From the NCBI GenBank assembly GCA_009103225.1, contig RHPI01001202.1, forward strand, positions 1 to 51,040: DNA of 51,040 nucleotides, given 5' to 3'. The position numbers and the translations under genes were made by a program. Source of the DNA: Chlorokybus atmophyticus (taxonomy: Eukaryota > Plantae > Mesostigma and Chlorokybus algae). This document shows positions 1 through 12,700 of this stretch, one piece after another. The notes under the pieces are model-generated. The model saw only the letters and a list, made by a program, of their open reading frames with translations, did no database searches and was not told the DNA's origin. Position 1 is the stretch's first letter. Every line of letters begins with the position of its first letter.

Positions 1-46
1 CACTCACAGCATGCCAAACAGCAACATGCAAGCACATTACAACACA

Positions 47-390
47 ACCACCGGGCTATACACACTGTTTGTTCCTCACTACACTACACTAGTCTAGCTC
101 CCCGTTAGACATGCATACATGCGTATTAGTAACGCATTACCTGCCCGCACGGGCTCTGTCAGTTGGTGTCGGCAAAGGCAGCAGCAGCAGCAGCAGCACA
201 GCATGACGACTTCCTCCCTTCCGCCTGCTCTCCCTCCCCCCGCCACCCACTCTGCCACGCAGTTTCTGCTGTTGCGTCTCTCACTACCCTAGCCCTTCTC
301 GCGCAGTGCCGACGTCAGCACTGCCGCATGCAGGGCCACTTTGTCACTGGCGGTCAGGTCTGGTCGGTAGGGTTGGGTGGTGGGGTTGGC
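47..390 (+). repeat. Dispersed repeat, long copy of the two-box family (ACCACCGGGCTA...CCCCGTTAG); homologous to 49910-50282 (-)
   Basis: ACCACCGGGCTA at 47-58 and CCCCGTTAG at 100-108. The downstream sequence aligns with the reverse complement of 49910-50282; conceptual translations are TTLALLAQCRRQHC..SVGLGGGVG versus TTPTLTVQCKRQHC..SVGLGGGIG. Confidence 0.8.
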
Positions 391-409
391 TGGGTTTGTC
401 TGTCGCACG

Positions 410-625
410 GGCACCCTGCGTTACCAGGCAGTTTGCTCCCCGCGCATCATTACAGTGCATCACACTGCGTGGTAAGCGTTTGCGCCGGTGCTTCTGCAGC
501 GCCTGGTACACCATCTTATACAGTAGAGCTGGGGGCGTGCAGTACGCATATGCGTTGTCACGTATCATGCGTTGCCTCAAAGTTGTGTTCGGTGACAACA
601 ACAACCAACTATATACATAGTAGGG
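410..625 (+). pseudogene. Probable C-terminal (thumb) fragment of a Penelope-like RT
   Basis: ORF 306..620 RAPCVTRQFAPRASLQCITLRGKRLRR...AGG...VVFG..LY parallels ORF 1372..1719(-) RAPHPNIDIAASAKMGVIISKCIRFLR...AGG...IIFG..LY. Confidence 0.4.
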
Positions 626-1066
626 GTAGATGAGTGTGTGAGGTATTGAATGAATACGGTGGTTAACTTGACCAACTTGAATAGTGTGGTTGGTATGTAC
701 AGAAAATGCGAGAGGGGCATGTGCTGTCTCACTCTGCATGCTACTGACTGTGCATGCCACTATGCATGTGCATTTCTGTTTCACATTGTTTGCACATAAC
801 TCACATAAGAGTTGCGGTGTACATATCAAGCAAAGAGATGAAACAAAGATGCCAAGCACGACACACAGCAGCAGCAGTTAGATTAAGAAAGTTTTGGGGG
901 GGGCCCAGAGCAGCACGAGATACACCGCAAGCTAGACTTGACTAACTGGCAGGGCGAGGTAGCACGCAGCAGCAGGCATCGCAGTGGGCAAGCAAGGTAC
1001 AGCGAGGACGATTTGCACAGCAGAGCGGTGCGTGGATGTCAGGTCATCTCCAAGCATCCAGTTGAC

Positions 1067-1094
1067 GGACTTGGACTTGGACTTGAACTTGGAC
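1067..1094 (+). repeat. Short (GGACTT)n hexamer tandem, about 4.5 units
   Basis: ggacttggacttggacttgaacttggac read directly. Confidence 0.85.
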
Positions 1095-1371
1095 GACGAC
1101 TGACTGGGCCCCGCCACAACCGCACAGTTTGCTTGCGTCGTGTACCTAGCGCAACACTCAGAACAATGGCTGCGGGCCAATTGGCAGCAATGTGTCCGTT
1201 AGTAGCCCTTAGCCAAGCCCATTGCAGAGCAGACCAGTAGTGCTAGTGACATAGCAAACAGTTCCAAGAGTGCAAACAGTTCAGCATAAACATCAGCATG
1301 GTTCCCCTCAGAACCATCATGGGGGCAGGAAGCCTGCTCCCCGCATGTACTCACCTGGCACTTACCTCTAC

Positions 1372-2910
1372 TTACCTCTGCTGCTGGAACCTCCTATGTA
1401 TCACATGATACAAGAACTTGTACGTCGCACCGAAGATGATGCCTTCTTGTCTTGACATCCACCTACACAACACTCCCAACAAATCTTGTGCGTTATAACC
1501 CCCTGCTGTCATGGCAGTCCAAAGTGCCAGCATGTCATGCAGCAAGTGCTCCCTGTATGTGGACAAGCGTAAGAAACGAATGCATTTAGATATGATCACC
1601 CCCATCTTAGCGGAGGCAGCAATGTCGATGTTGGGGTGTGGTGCACGTCTGCAAGGGATTGCAGCAAACTGCGGCAATGTTAGTTTGCTATAAATCTGCG
1701 TGCAAAGTCCTACATCCATGGTCTAAAACAGAGTGATCTTTAAGAAAGGCACGGAGACCCTTAAAGCCAACTCGGTTAGTGTTAGACTTTGCTCAAGATA
1801 CCACCAACTACTGCATCTGTAGACTGGTACATGAAACTTAAAAACTCTGCAATGTCAACAACAAGCAAGTCGTCGACGTATCTTATCACTCTGGACGCTA
1901 GCTTGGCCATTTAGTCCGGCCTGTTGCAGTCATTGAGCTTGCATAGGAACTTGAGCTCCAAGTATCCCAGGTGGTAGTTCGCAAGATATACTCCGGCATT
2001 GCTTCCCATAACATTGCCTATGGTCTGCGTGTGCAACTCATCTTGTGCTGTCTGCACGTATTGGTTAGCAACAAGATATACTAGCATGGTATGCATCATG
2101 TCTTTTGTGAAAATGCGGTGTCTGTCTTCACCAAGTTGTGCTCTGTCTTATCCGCAGCCCCACACGTACGTGGTTACACGATTGTGCAAAATCACATACA
2201 AAGTATCTGCTCTGCGCATGCGGCGTACACAATCAAATAGTTCTTCCATAAGAGCATGCATCCCCGTGATCAAGTCATCATGGCGGATGTTGGTGTAGAG
2301 TGTAGCAAAGTCCGAAGTTTTCAACGACATGCAAGTTTGCTTATCTTGTGAAATACGGGTAGTGTTGCAGTGCTGTACCACGTATAACACTCCCATTCAT
2401 TCCATGAGGACCAACTGCTGTGTTGCTCACGCACCTGCACGCACTCAGACCACAACGCAGTGAATGTGGGCATGAGACTTTTGTATGCACATATGTGCAT
2501 ATGGGTGTGAGAGCACACTGAGGTAGGCAGGACACAACCCGGGTTGTTATGTTGGGAGGCGATCATTGCTCATAAGACGCAGCCGAGTAAAGGCATGGCA
2601 TGCATATATCCAACAGATTGCATGCTACTTTGAAGTGGATGCCATTTCTTTTATACTGAGATTGTGTTAGGCATGAGTAGCGCTACGCCTTTGACATTTA
2701 GACCTTGTGAAGTTCACCATGACGTATAGACAGAGATGGTGCTATTGCTGATGCAGCCGCTGACCACGGAGGTGGACATTGCGCTGGCGGCAGCGGTTTG
2801 AAGACGACACGCGCGGATGTGTAGGGTATAGACCGTCGTATTTCGTGCACACACATGCGCGCACAGACAGGATGCACACCAAAGCAAGCAGAGCAGGCAA
2901 CAAACAAGGG
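1372..2910 (-). mobile_element. Decayed Penelope-like retroelement, RT domain (element 1)
   Basis: Ordered RT motifs broken by stops and frameshifts: IAS..AYKSLMP, SDFATLYTNIRHDDL (motif A), QTIGNVMGSNAGVYLANY (motif B), RYVDD at 1868-1882, VPFLKITL and thumb LCTQIYSK..PHP..RFLRLS..GY. No endonuclease seen downstream. Confidence 0.88.
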
Positions 2911-3688
2911 CAATTGCTATTACACGCGGGGCCACAACCTTGCTAATCTAAGTACTACTATGTGCAATACAACGGTAGTGGGGCAGGCAGTCGGCAGCAA
3001 GCAGCTTGTATGTAGTGGCGCCACATGTGCTGTGTTATCAAGCATATTGTTGTTGGTGTATTGTGCTAGGTATGGTGACAGAACAAAATGCCAAACCAGG
3101 TATGCTCATTGTGAAACTCTACTCATGCTCGGCCAGGACCTTGTGACAGCCAGTGCATCTCCTTGTAATTTCTGTGTTGCGGCATTTCTATGTGCTGGCT
3201 GCTACTGGGTGAACTTGTTCAACATTAGCGAAAGGTCTCATTGTTGTTGTCGCACATACCATGCGTGCCATACCATTTTTCTGCACAACACAAAGCACAC
3301 GAGACCCACCTGGCATCCTTTGTACACTTTCCAGCCTTCCGACAGCTGAGTGTCTTTCCAAGGCAGCCTGATTACATGTGTAAGCCTGTACCTCGTGCAT
3401 GAGGTTGCATGATGATGCTTTCCTGCCCAAAGCTGTCGATTGCATGGGACTGCGGGCAACTAGTAGAGCCGACCTTGGCATAGGGACCAGATCATAGACG
3501 CTATACAAGTAGAATGGATTGCATGACTGTCGTACTCATTGAACATGTACATAGAACACAAGCACAGCTGGCGCGCCGATGCACCGTGGGCAGCAGAGTC
3601 TTTCCATGCATGGCAACAGAATGCCACTGCTGCATTGTATCTTATGGTTCACTCATTAAGGTGAAACAACCTCTATGCAGCTAGAGGT

Positions 3689-5747
3689 TTATATAACTGG
3701 GTGCGGCGGATACTTCCGTTCCTTTTCCCATGCCTGCAACAAGTATTGACCATGATGAACGACAGAACAAAACAGACATCATACGCTGCGCACCCCATTT
3801 CACTTGCTCTACTTGACTGATCCACACAGAGATGTGTGGTTACAACAAATCCCGCCGCTCACCAGCTGTGCCATCATTGTAAGTGTGGACCGCGCGTCGC
3901 GCTCATCAGACACTTCTCGGGGAAATCGTATCCGTACATCCGAAACACCATCCTGCAACGGTTCTTTCTGTTAACAAAGGATAACACAATCCCAGCTGTC
4001 GCTGACAGCCTTAAGTACAAGCTCTGAAGCGTGCAGAACTAATGATCTGCAAACACTAGCAACTACCTGGCCGACAACCTTCACGCGCATGTCGAATCCC
4101 AACCGGTCCAAGCTGGTAACCTTGACAGCCTCAATCTGCATTGATTTGTACGCAGCTTAGATTGCTTGCAAGTGTAACATGTACGTCAGCATAGGAATGC
4201 CAATGCACTGTAATGCAGTATTCACACTTGTGAACAAAACGGGTGAATTGAGCTCGGTTGCTCATTTACCGCAGCGAGTACCTGTCCTCTGACACCGGTG
4301 TAGCAGGCGCAGAGCCGAACAACCTCTTCATAATTGAATTCGCTATTGTGGTAAGCAATGATTTTCTGCGCGCAGTCTCTGAGTGGATCCGACTCAGAAT
4401 TCTTGTAGTCCTCTCCTTCCACCCAGGCGGGTCGGCGATTGGGAGCCTACGACCACAACTTGTTTGTCAGGTGCAGCCAGGAAAGCAACAGCTGGTAGCA
4501 TCCAGTGCAATTTGGCAGTGAAGCGTCAACCAGTGATGATGCATGCGCTGTTTGCAAATGTCAACAAAGGAACTCCTGGATGTCTTGTGCACGCACTCAC
4601 CGCGCCAATGTCGCTTACGTACAAAGCCTTTTCCACGTTGATGCGATAGTAGGCATACCCCTCGTCATTCTCCACTCTGTGCTTCAACGAGTACAGCTTC
4701 GCACAGACCTGCACATGTGCAGCTAAGCAATGTGCCTAATGGCTTGTAACGTGTAGTTGTACATGGGGTGTGACTTGTGCATGATGTGCATTATGAGCAA
4801 TTACTGCAGCAAAGGTGCTTGTACCGCGCTGTCGTCGTCAGAAACACGTGTGACAGTGCCCATAAGCGTGCAGCGCTGGCTGGGGACAGATGTCCCGCAC
4901 TCCACAAACTGCGGACAAGAAAGTTCAGCTCCATTCCAGTAATGCATCAACTGCGCAACTGAACCTGCCGTGAGAACAGCGCACCTGCACGTATAGGCTG
5001 CACCGGTTGTCTTTGAGAATGTTTTGAGTCTTGACAGCGGCCTCTCGCAATCTCAGCAAAGGTTGTCCAGCAGAGTCCAACCCATATCCCACGAACGTGC
5101 CAAGTGGCCAGCCATTGGACAAAGTGGACAGCGTTCCTGCGTGAATATCTTTAAAGCATTGCATGCTGTAAGAGGTAGCTAGTGGCACTCGCAGCAAAAC
5201 ACACAATGACTGCGCTCGCCAAGATGAAATGCATGAGCATTTTGGCACCATGCACATGGAAAGCAGTTGCAGATTGCCACTGCATGCTCGTACAGCAGCT
5301 CTCGTGACCGATGCGTGCATTCCAGCTTGCGACTGTCGCATGTCAGCTGGAATAGTTAGTGCTTGTCGTACGTATTGCATGCAACGCACCAACACTGCAG
5401 CTCTCCACGAGTGTGCGCGCATACTCAGCCGGAGCAGGTCGCTGGGGCCCGTTCTCAGCAGCTGCGAGCAACTCGGCCACCTCGGAGCCGGCATCCACGA
5501 CTGCTGCAGACACGCACTGAGTGACCAGCCGCCTACTGCTGCTGCTGCCGCTGCCGCTGGCGCCCTGAAGCGCAGGGACGCAAGACGGCCAGCAGAGCTT
5601 CAGACTCTTGCCAGCTGTCAGTGCTTGCTGCGGCCTGGCACCACTGCATCTCCTTATCCTTAGGACGGAATGCGCCTCGCCGCCGCTCTGTACGCTGCAC
5701 TGCGACAGCCTGACCGCATCAACAGCGGCCGCCTGGGCAGCGGCCAT
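3689..5747 (-). CDS. GBP: Glutamyl-tRNA reductase-binding protein (plastid, PNPOx-like split barrel), multi-exon
   Basis: Ser/Ala-rich transit-peptide-like N-terminus, then PAPAEYARTLVE, GTLSTLSNGWPLG..LD..GQPLL, DPLRDCAQKII, SLDRLGFDMRV, DVRIRFPREVSDERDARS and a last exon AWEKERKYPPHPVI-TAA(3689). Matches the motif series of plant GluTRBP/PGR7. Confidence 0.85.
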
Positions 5748-5866
5748 CTGTGCCTGCTGCTTGCTACCCTAGACAAGTTCCCGACCAACAACAAGAGCCA
5801 CGCAGCGCTTCTGACCACACCACCTGCTGCCGATATAACCACCTCCTCTTCCTCCTCCTCCTCCTT

Positions 5867-5893
5867 CGCCGCCGCCGCCGCCGCCGCCGCCGC
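5867..5893 (-). repeat. (GGC)9 tract upstream of GBP in the divergent promoter/5'UTR
   Basis: cgccgccgccgccgccgccgccgccgc on +. Confidence 0.9.
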
Positions 5894-6736
5894 TAGCACG
5901 CCCACCCTCTCAAATGCACGCACGAAATCGGTGGTGTTGCTTCGATTAACTTGAAACACTTGTTGAGGTTCCTCCCCAAACAATTGCAAGAAAGCAGCAA
6001 AATTCAAGGAAACAGTGATAGGTTAGTGAGCACCACAGCCAATCAGCGTAAAGATGCGTGTCGAGGCGTATTTATGTGCGGTGCGCACAAGCTGTGCAAA
6101 GGGCACAGTGCGAAGCAAAACACGGAAGGAACCAACTATACATTCCTGTGTGTAGATCGGAAGTTCCGAGGAGTTTTCCCCGCCTGGCCTGAAGCTTGGC
6201 CTGGCCTGGTCTGGCCTGGCTACTTAGGCAGGGCTGTACCGCCTGGCATTGTCGTTGTTGAGTACTATATACCAGTGCATTGCATGCCTGCTGAGTCCTG
6301 CTATACGTTTCGATGAGGAAGCGCAAGGTGCCAGCAATGGTTGAAGCGCTGGGCTTTCGGGTGGCAGCGGCAGCCTGACTGAGCCTCGTGGAAGCGGACT
6401 TGACGCAGCAATGGTGAGCTGTTGATGCAGATGGCCGCTTCTGACCCGCTTCACCTTTGGCTAGGCACAGGACACTCCTGTGTGCTTCAACAGACTTACG
6501 GCCTGTGGAAGGCCAGTAGACAACATGCTTCATGCTGAATTGCTAGTAATATTGTGTTCGAAATGATTAAGCAGCAGGGTTGTGATGACGGGTCATGCAG
6601 ATCGCTTAAACTTGGCTTGTGAAGCTTGTTCGCCAGGATGAGTGCCCAATTTCGCCACGGAATGTTGATTCTGCATGTCGGGGTTGCACTTGCGCGATCC
6701 TTTATCACCAGATTGCACGCTGATAGACAGTCACGT

Positions 6737-9700
6737 ATGCAGTTTGCTCTTGCCGCCATCAACGAAGGCCAGGCTTCGGATCGACAACGCACAGTGCAGG
6801 CGCCATCAACAGTCAGTGTGGAAGCACAGGTAACCAAGCCGTGGCATGTTTGTTGGTAGCGTTGTTTAGAAGCTGCTTGCATGTGCTGCAGCAACAAAAC
6901 CCTTGCTGCTCTGTGGCAGGAAGCACGTCTCGCGTGCATGTATGAAGAAGCCTTGGAATTGCAGCAGAATGGACGCTGGATGGAAGCTCAAGTACAATTG
7001 CAAACACTGCTGGAAGACCCCCTCGTTGCAGACGCCAAGGTTGGTGCTTGCGAGATACAGTGAGGAGTCGTGTGCGTGCTCGTGCATGTGCATGTGGGCA
7101 TGCGCATATGTATGTGTGTGTTCCTGGTTGCAACGCAAAGACTGTCAGGCACAGCGTAATGGCAACATGCATACAGGCAACGGGAGTTTCAGCTTCTACG
7201 CTGATGCAGCTCAAGTTCCTTGCTTACAAAAACCTTGCGGCTTTGGATGCATCAAGCAGCAATGCTGAAGCGCAGTTGGCAGCCCTGCGCTATTATGTGG
7301 CTGCTGCACAGCTTGATGCCGGGGACGTCGTGCTTTGGCATCACCTGGGAACCTTGGCTATGCGGCTGGGCCGCTTGAACGTGGCGCGCTTGGCATTTGA
7401 GAACGCATTAAAGCTCAGCCCTCAGCACTGGCCTTGCTTGCAGAGGCTCTGTGAGGTGTTGTACGCACTCGGCGACGATGATGCTTGCATGGCCACAGTG
7501 AATGCTATACTGCAACTCGACCCGCACCACGCGCGAGCACACACCATCCGACAAACGCTGCAAGGCAGGGCGAGCGGTGATGTCTGCTACAACATACGAG
7601 CAGAGAAACAGCCAGCTCCTGTTCTGTCAAACTTGCAGGCGGCGCGGTCTTTGCGTGAGAGCCACTATGACGGCGGAGAGGTACTCATCGAGCCAAAGCG
7701 CATGTGCATAACACGCCTGACTTGGGCAACTCTGTGCAGAAGCTTACTGGACGCAGCGAGTGAGAAGCAAAGGCAGCGCGACAGTGCTTTGACACTGTAC
7801 AGTACCCCAGTGTTACTGTCTATAGCTGTCACTGCAGCTGAGACTATTGACACAGACATAGACAAAGCGAGCATGCAAGCAAGGTCATTGCCAGACGTTG
7901 TCACGCTGAGCCCAGAGCACGCAGCAAGTCCCAAGCAGCAGGAGTGTTCGGATGCGCAAACTGAAAACGAAGAAACCACAACGGCAAATATGTCCTCTCT
8001 ACCTGAGCCAGGCAACAAGCACTCGCAGGATGAGCTGGCTTTGGGAATTGACAACAAATCAATGCAACCATTAGAGCCTGCTGCAGCGCGCAAGCGCAGG
8101 CGTGGGGAGTCTCTTGAGACGGGACGCATGGTGGAAGCGCGGTCCACGCGGTCACGTAAGCAGCAGACTCCACAGGAGACAGCTGCACCCGCCGAGGAGC
8201 ACAACCCCGTCAAGGATTTGTTTCTTTCTCTTGTAAAACTCATGTCAACGAATGATGCAACCTCCCCTGTGTCCAGCCCTGATAGAGCAGCACGCGCAAG
8301 CGTTCCAACCACAAATGGCAGCAACGCCATCTCTCCCGCACTGCGTGAGCAGGACTCGTCTCAGGGAGTGGACGTGTCGCGGTTTGTGGAGTCTGTTGCG
8401 CACAACAGTGGTATTCGAGATGTGATGCTGCGCCTGATGGAGGAGCTTGCTGCCAACGCAGCGGCGGCTGCCGCCTGCAGGGCAGACGACATCCTGTGCT
8501 TGGATGAATGCATCTGTGACTGGGTTCAGGGCTACAGCTTGGAGTGCTCTGTGTTCTTAAGTGAGCTGTACCTTGACAAGCAGCTACAATCGCCGGCGTG
8601 TGATCAAGCAAAGTCTGTGCACCTTGCGGCTGCCCAACGCCACTTAGGACAGGCCCTTGAGCGCATGGTGGAGATGAAAGATGATGGCGACGGTCAATAT
8701 GCATGCAGAGCTGACAGTCTTGAAGCGGCGTTGCTGATCCGTTACCATTGGGCCTGCGGGCGGTTTGATCTGCTTTGCAAAAACACAGAGGATGGAGTTG
8801 CTCATCTTCAAGCTTGCGCAAGACATCTACAGAACAACGACATGGTTGACGTGGTGTCATTGCCCTATTGCAAGCGCGATGCTGTCATCTCGAGCGCGGC
8901 CGTGGAGAAAAAGCTGCGAGTTGGGAGCTTGCCGCAGATGCTGGCAGAAGCAAGAACACTAGTGTCTCAAAAGCGCTACACGGATGCTGTCAAGCTGATG
9001 GTAAAGGAAGTCTTGCAGTCCAGAGCCGGTGTTTTGGATGATGAAGCCATGGCCGCCATCAACTTTCTGAAGCAGACTTGTGTGCAAGCTGGCATGGAAT
9101 GCCTGGCGGCAGAGCTTCGCTGCTATGAGCAGCAGCTGCTGTCAGCAATCTTTTCAACGTCTGCTACTGGACGACAACACGGCAGCTTGGCGTGGTTGGA
9201 TTGGGTGCAAGACGGAAGCGTCATGCACACCGACTTGCCTGCCATTGCTAGCGGCTTGCACCCGGAGGCACCGCTGAATGCAGAGCAGCTACTATCTGAT
9301 CTGAACGAGTTGTTAGAGCGCATCCGTGCATTGGGCGCTTCACTGGGGTCTCCCACCTCGCAGGTGCGTTCACTGTAGACATGTGCTGCTTCTGCCAAAC
9401 CGGTTGATTGCAAACTCTACTGCGTCACTCAATACAGGGTCGTGTAAAGGCACTATGAGTCTGCACAACAGTTTGCACTTTGCAGCATGGCACACAAACA
9501 TTGACGCAGTGCATGCAGTCTCAAGATGTTGTGAAGCACATCACGCGGCTCATGAGGATCACCATGTTGGTCATCTCGAGCGCGACCGGAGAAGCCAAAT
9601 CCAGTAATGGTGCCCATGCAACTCTATTGAGTCGAGCCTCTTGTCTTCTCTTCCTGCTGCATCGCCTACAGTCATCGAGCACAGAAGACAGTGTAAGTAA

Positions 9701-12700
9701 CTCTTGAGACCCAACATGCTCTGGTTCTTCTAATATTGCTGTGCAAATGCAAGGGTCCTGACCAAGCGCAATGCACAGGTGATGATGGTTGACAAGCTCC
9801 ATGTTGTTCTTGCTACCAATGCGTGCTGTTGCGAGAATGACGGAGAGTTTCTGCTCACCGCGTCATCAGAACTGCTGTCGCAAGTTCGCACTTCAACAAA
9901 CATCTCTGAAGACCTTCAGGACATTATCAAAGGCACTTTGCGACAGGTGTTTTGGTGCCTTCACGAGGTGGACATCAGCCTGGACCAATCTCCCTTGCAG
10001 ACCCACACGGGTGCAGGGCGCGTGCCACTAGACTCGCAGGAAAGATGCGCAAACCTTTTCAGGCTTGTTCGGGAGGCTGCTGCGTCTGCCCCGGGCAAAG
10101 TCCTGCAACAGAAATGGCGTTCGTTTCTGCTGCGTGTGTACTCCCTCTTTCCTCAACCTCCAGATGAAGTGATGCAGCGGTACTCTGTGCTCCAAAGTAT
10201 GGATGATGCCACACGTGATCATGCCGAGTTTGCGGCTGCAACTCTTCTCCCAACCTTCAGCGAGGAGGAGAATGACCCGCGGGTTGCTGGACCTTTTGCC
10301 GATGTATATCGCGACCTTTACTACCTCGTTCACTGTGCTAATGGCATGGAGGTAAGCCTATACCATTACACATTGCACGAGAGATTGCCCTGACCATGAT
10401 GCCCTGCATTGTAGTCAGATGTTGTGTTTCGAGGGTGCTGTAGGTCATGCTGGGTTTGGTCAATGCTGCCAACTTTTGTTGTTGACTGGCAGGTACACGA
10501 CTTGGATGCTTGCTCACTGACAGCCGATCCAGAGGATGAGATAAAGTTGAAGCCCATCACAGAGCCGTTGCTATTTGACCTAGCGTATCATCCGGACCGC
10601 TTCGAGAGCTGGCGAGCGTTGGGTGCAAGTTACGATAGCACCGTCGATCTCGTGCTCAATGACAACTCACGCGCTATGAGCGTGACAGAGTGGGCGGTTG
10701 ACAACAGGCGTCGTGACAGAGCCGTGGAAGTGCTGCGACGGAGATGCCGCCACTGCTTGTTACAAGCCAGTTTGCTCGCGCGTTCTGATGCTGAGAAGGT
10801 ATGTTTCGTGCATCGGTCACAGCTGGCGACTTGCTAGCCTATGGCATATATGATGACTTGTGATCGGTGGGCTGCAGATTGCGATGCAAGAGCTGTTGGG
10901 AGAGACGCTGTACGACGCCATCCAGAATGTCCCACCAATGTATGATCAACACAGGCATGTGGTCAAGCACGACACATTGTGGAGAGCGGTCTGTGAGCAA
11001 GCCCAAGTGTACTTCACAAGTGCGGCGGCTGTCAAGTATGTAGCCTAACAGATGGACACATGATGTGCGTGCGTCAATTGTTTCACGCAGACAGGCCTTT
11101 GACAACAGTCCAATCTTAGGCCTGATGAGTGGAGCTACCACTTCTATTTGGGCAAGCTAGCTGAGAAGCTGAACCGCACTGACACGGAGGCTCTGCAACA
11201 ATACGCAGTTGCAGTGTCCACTGCAAACACTCTACTGGAGCCCCTCTATCGCCTTCACTCGTCGCGCCTGAAGCTCTTATGTACAGAAGCACCCGACTTG
11301 AGCGCGGTGCGGCAGCATATGTTTCTGGACGAGGTGCACCTTATTGTGGCTGTGCATGTCAGTATGCCGCTCACAGCACGCATGTATGACCAGCCTCCTT
11401 GGTTACAGGCCTCAATGGAGACAGGCGTAGATGATGAACGCGCACTTCTATTTGCAGACTGCATAGCTGCCATGGAGTTTTTCCTAGAAAGGGACAAGTA
11501 CTTCCACAAGGTAGGTGTGTCAACAATTGTGTTGTGCATAGCAATCTCCAGCGTCATCCAATCCTAAAAATCCTCGTCTCTGTTGTTGTCGTCTGATGTT
11601 GTTTGCAGGCGCGACATAGACTTGCTGCCGCGTTGCTTTGGCGTGGCATTCCCGCTGAGGTCACGAGGGCTTTAGAGCTGCTGTCCATGTTCTTCAAGAA
11701 AGAAAACCGCATTTATATCAACCTTTGGGAGGTGGAAGCGTCACGCAGAAAGGCGAAGAAGCTGCGTGGCCTGAGCACAACCCAAGGCCGGCCCGGCAGC
11801 CTGGAGCTTGCGCGTAAGGTGCGCATTGTTTAGGCATCATACTTGTTGACAGGGGTGTGTTAGCGGGTTTATGTGACAACAGTACTACGGTTGGTTGTAC
11901 GTAGATGTGTTGACGGACACGTTACTGTGTACTGCACTGCTTGTCAGGTTGCCAAGGACATGACCATTGGCAAGAGTGAAAGCTCCCGCAAGTTCATTGG
12001 ATGCGTTCGCAAATACCTCCTGCTGTACATATATGCTTTGGCAAGGAAGGCTGATCAGCAAAGCCTTGACACGCTTGCCTTGCTGCCACCCTCGCTTGGC
12101 GAGAACAAGAAATTTGCACGTGCTGTGGAGGACATTGTGCCGATTGCTCTGGCTGTGTACACATGTGTGCTGGCATCTGCAATTGCACGCGGGCAGGCGG
12201 GCAATGCGCAGATTGATAGTCACGGAGATCTGAAGCCACTGCTAGAGAAGGCCTTCGTCCTGTATGCTGAGCACGCCCATGATTGGAGCACCATCACTCA
12301 ATGTGTTGAACAACTGCGCTTACCAGTACGTGAACTTGCTGCAGCTGCACAGCTACACATCTCCTACCCAGCTATACGTGGTGGAAAACAGTCAAAGGCT
12401 AAGCACAGTTCTGACGCTGCAGTCTCCGTTCAACAGGCTCCGCAAGGAACGATAAACTGGCAAGAAGTTGTCCCGGCTGACTTGGCTATCAGTGCTGAGG
12501 TGTTTCACGACCACGCTTTGCAATACTTGCAGCACCTGGAGTCTGAAGTGAGTATAATCACGCGGTGCATCAATGACAGCTGCATGCTTTGCTGCTTGCT
12601 GTATTGTGACATAATGCTGCATGTCGGTGCAGGTCATGGTTGCGGAGCTGGAGAAGGCTTACGGACGGCTGCCCAAACGAGCGCGAGGCGCTCTGTCTCC

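Noticed and set aside
163-859. ORFs 163..633 (+) and 344..859 (-), plus many 60-200 aa ORFs antisense to exons or within introns
   Set aside because: No recognisable domains; they are Cys/His-rich translations of TG/CA-rich non-coding or repeat DNA, or shadows of real exons.
1346-1362. U1 snRNA-like 5' end (TACTCACCTGGCA)
   Set aside because: No U1 stem-loops or Sm site follow. It is simply the complement of splice-donor motifs on the - strand.
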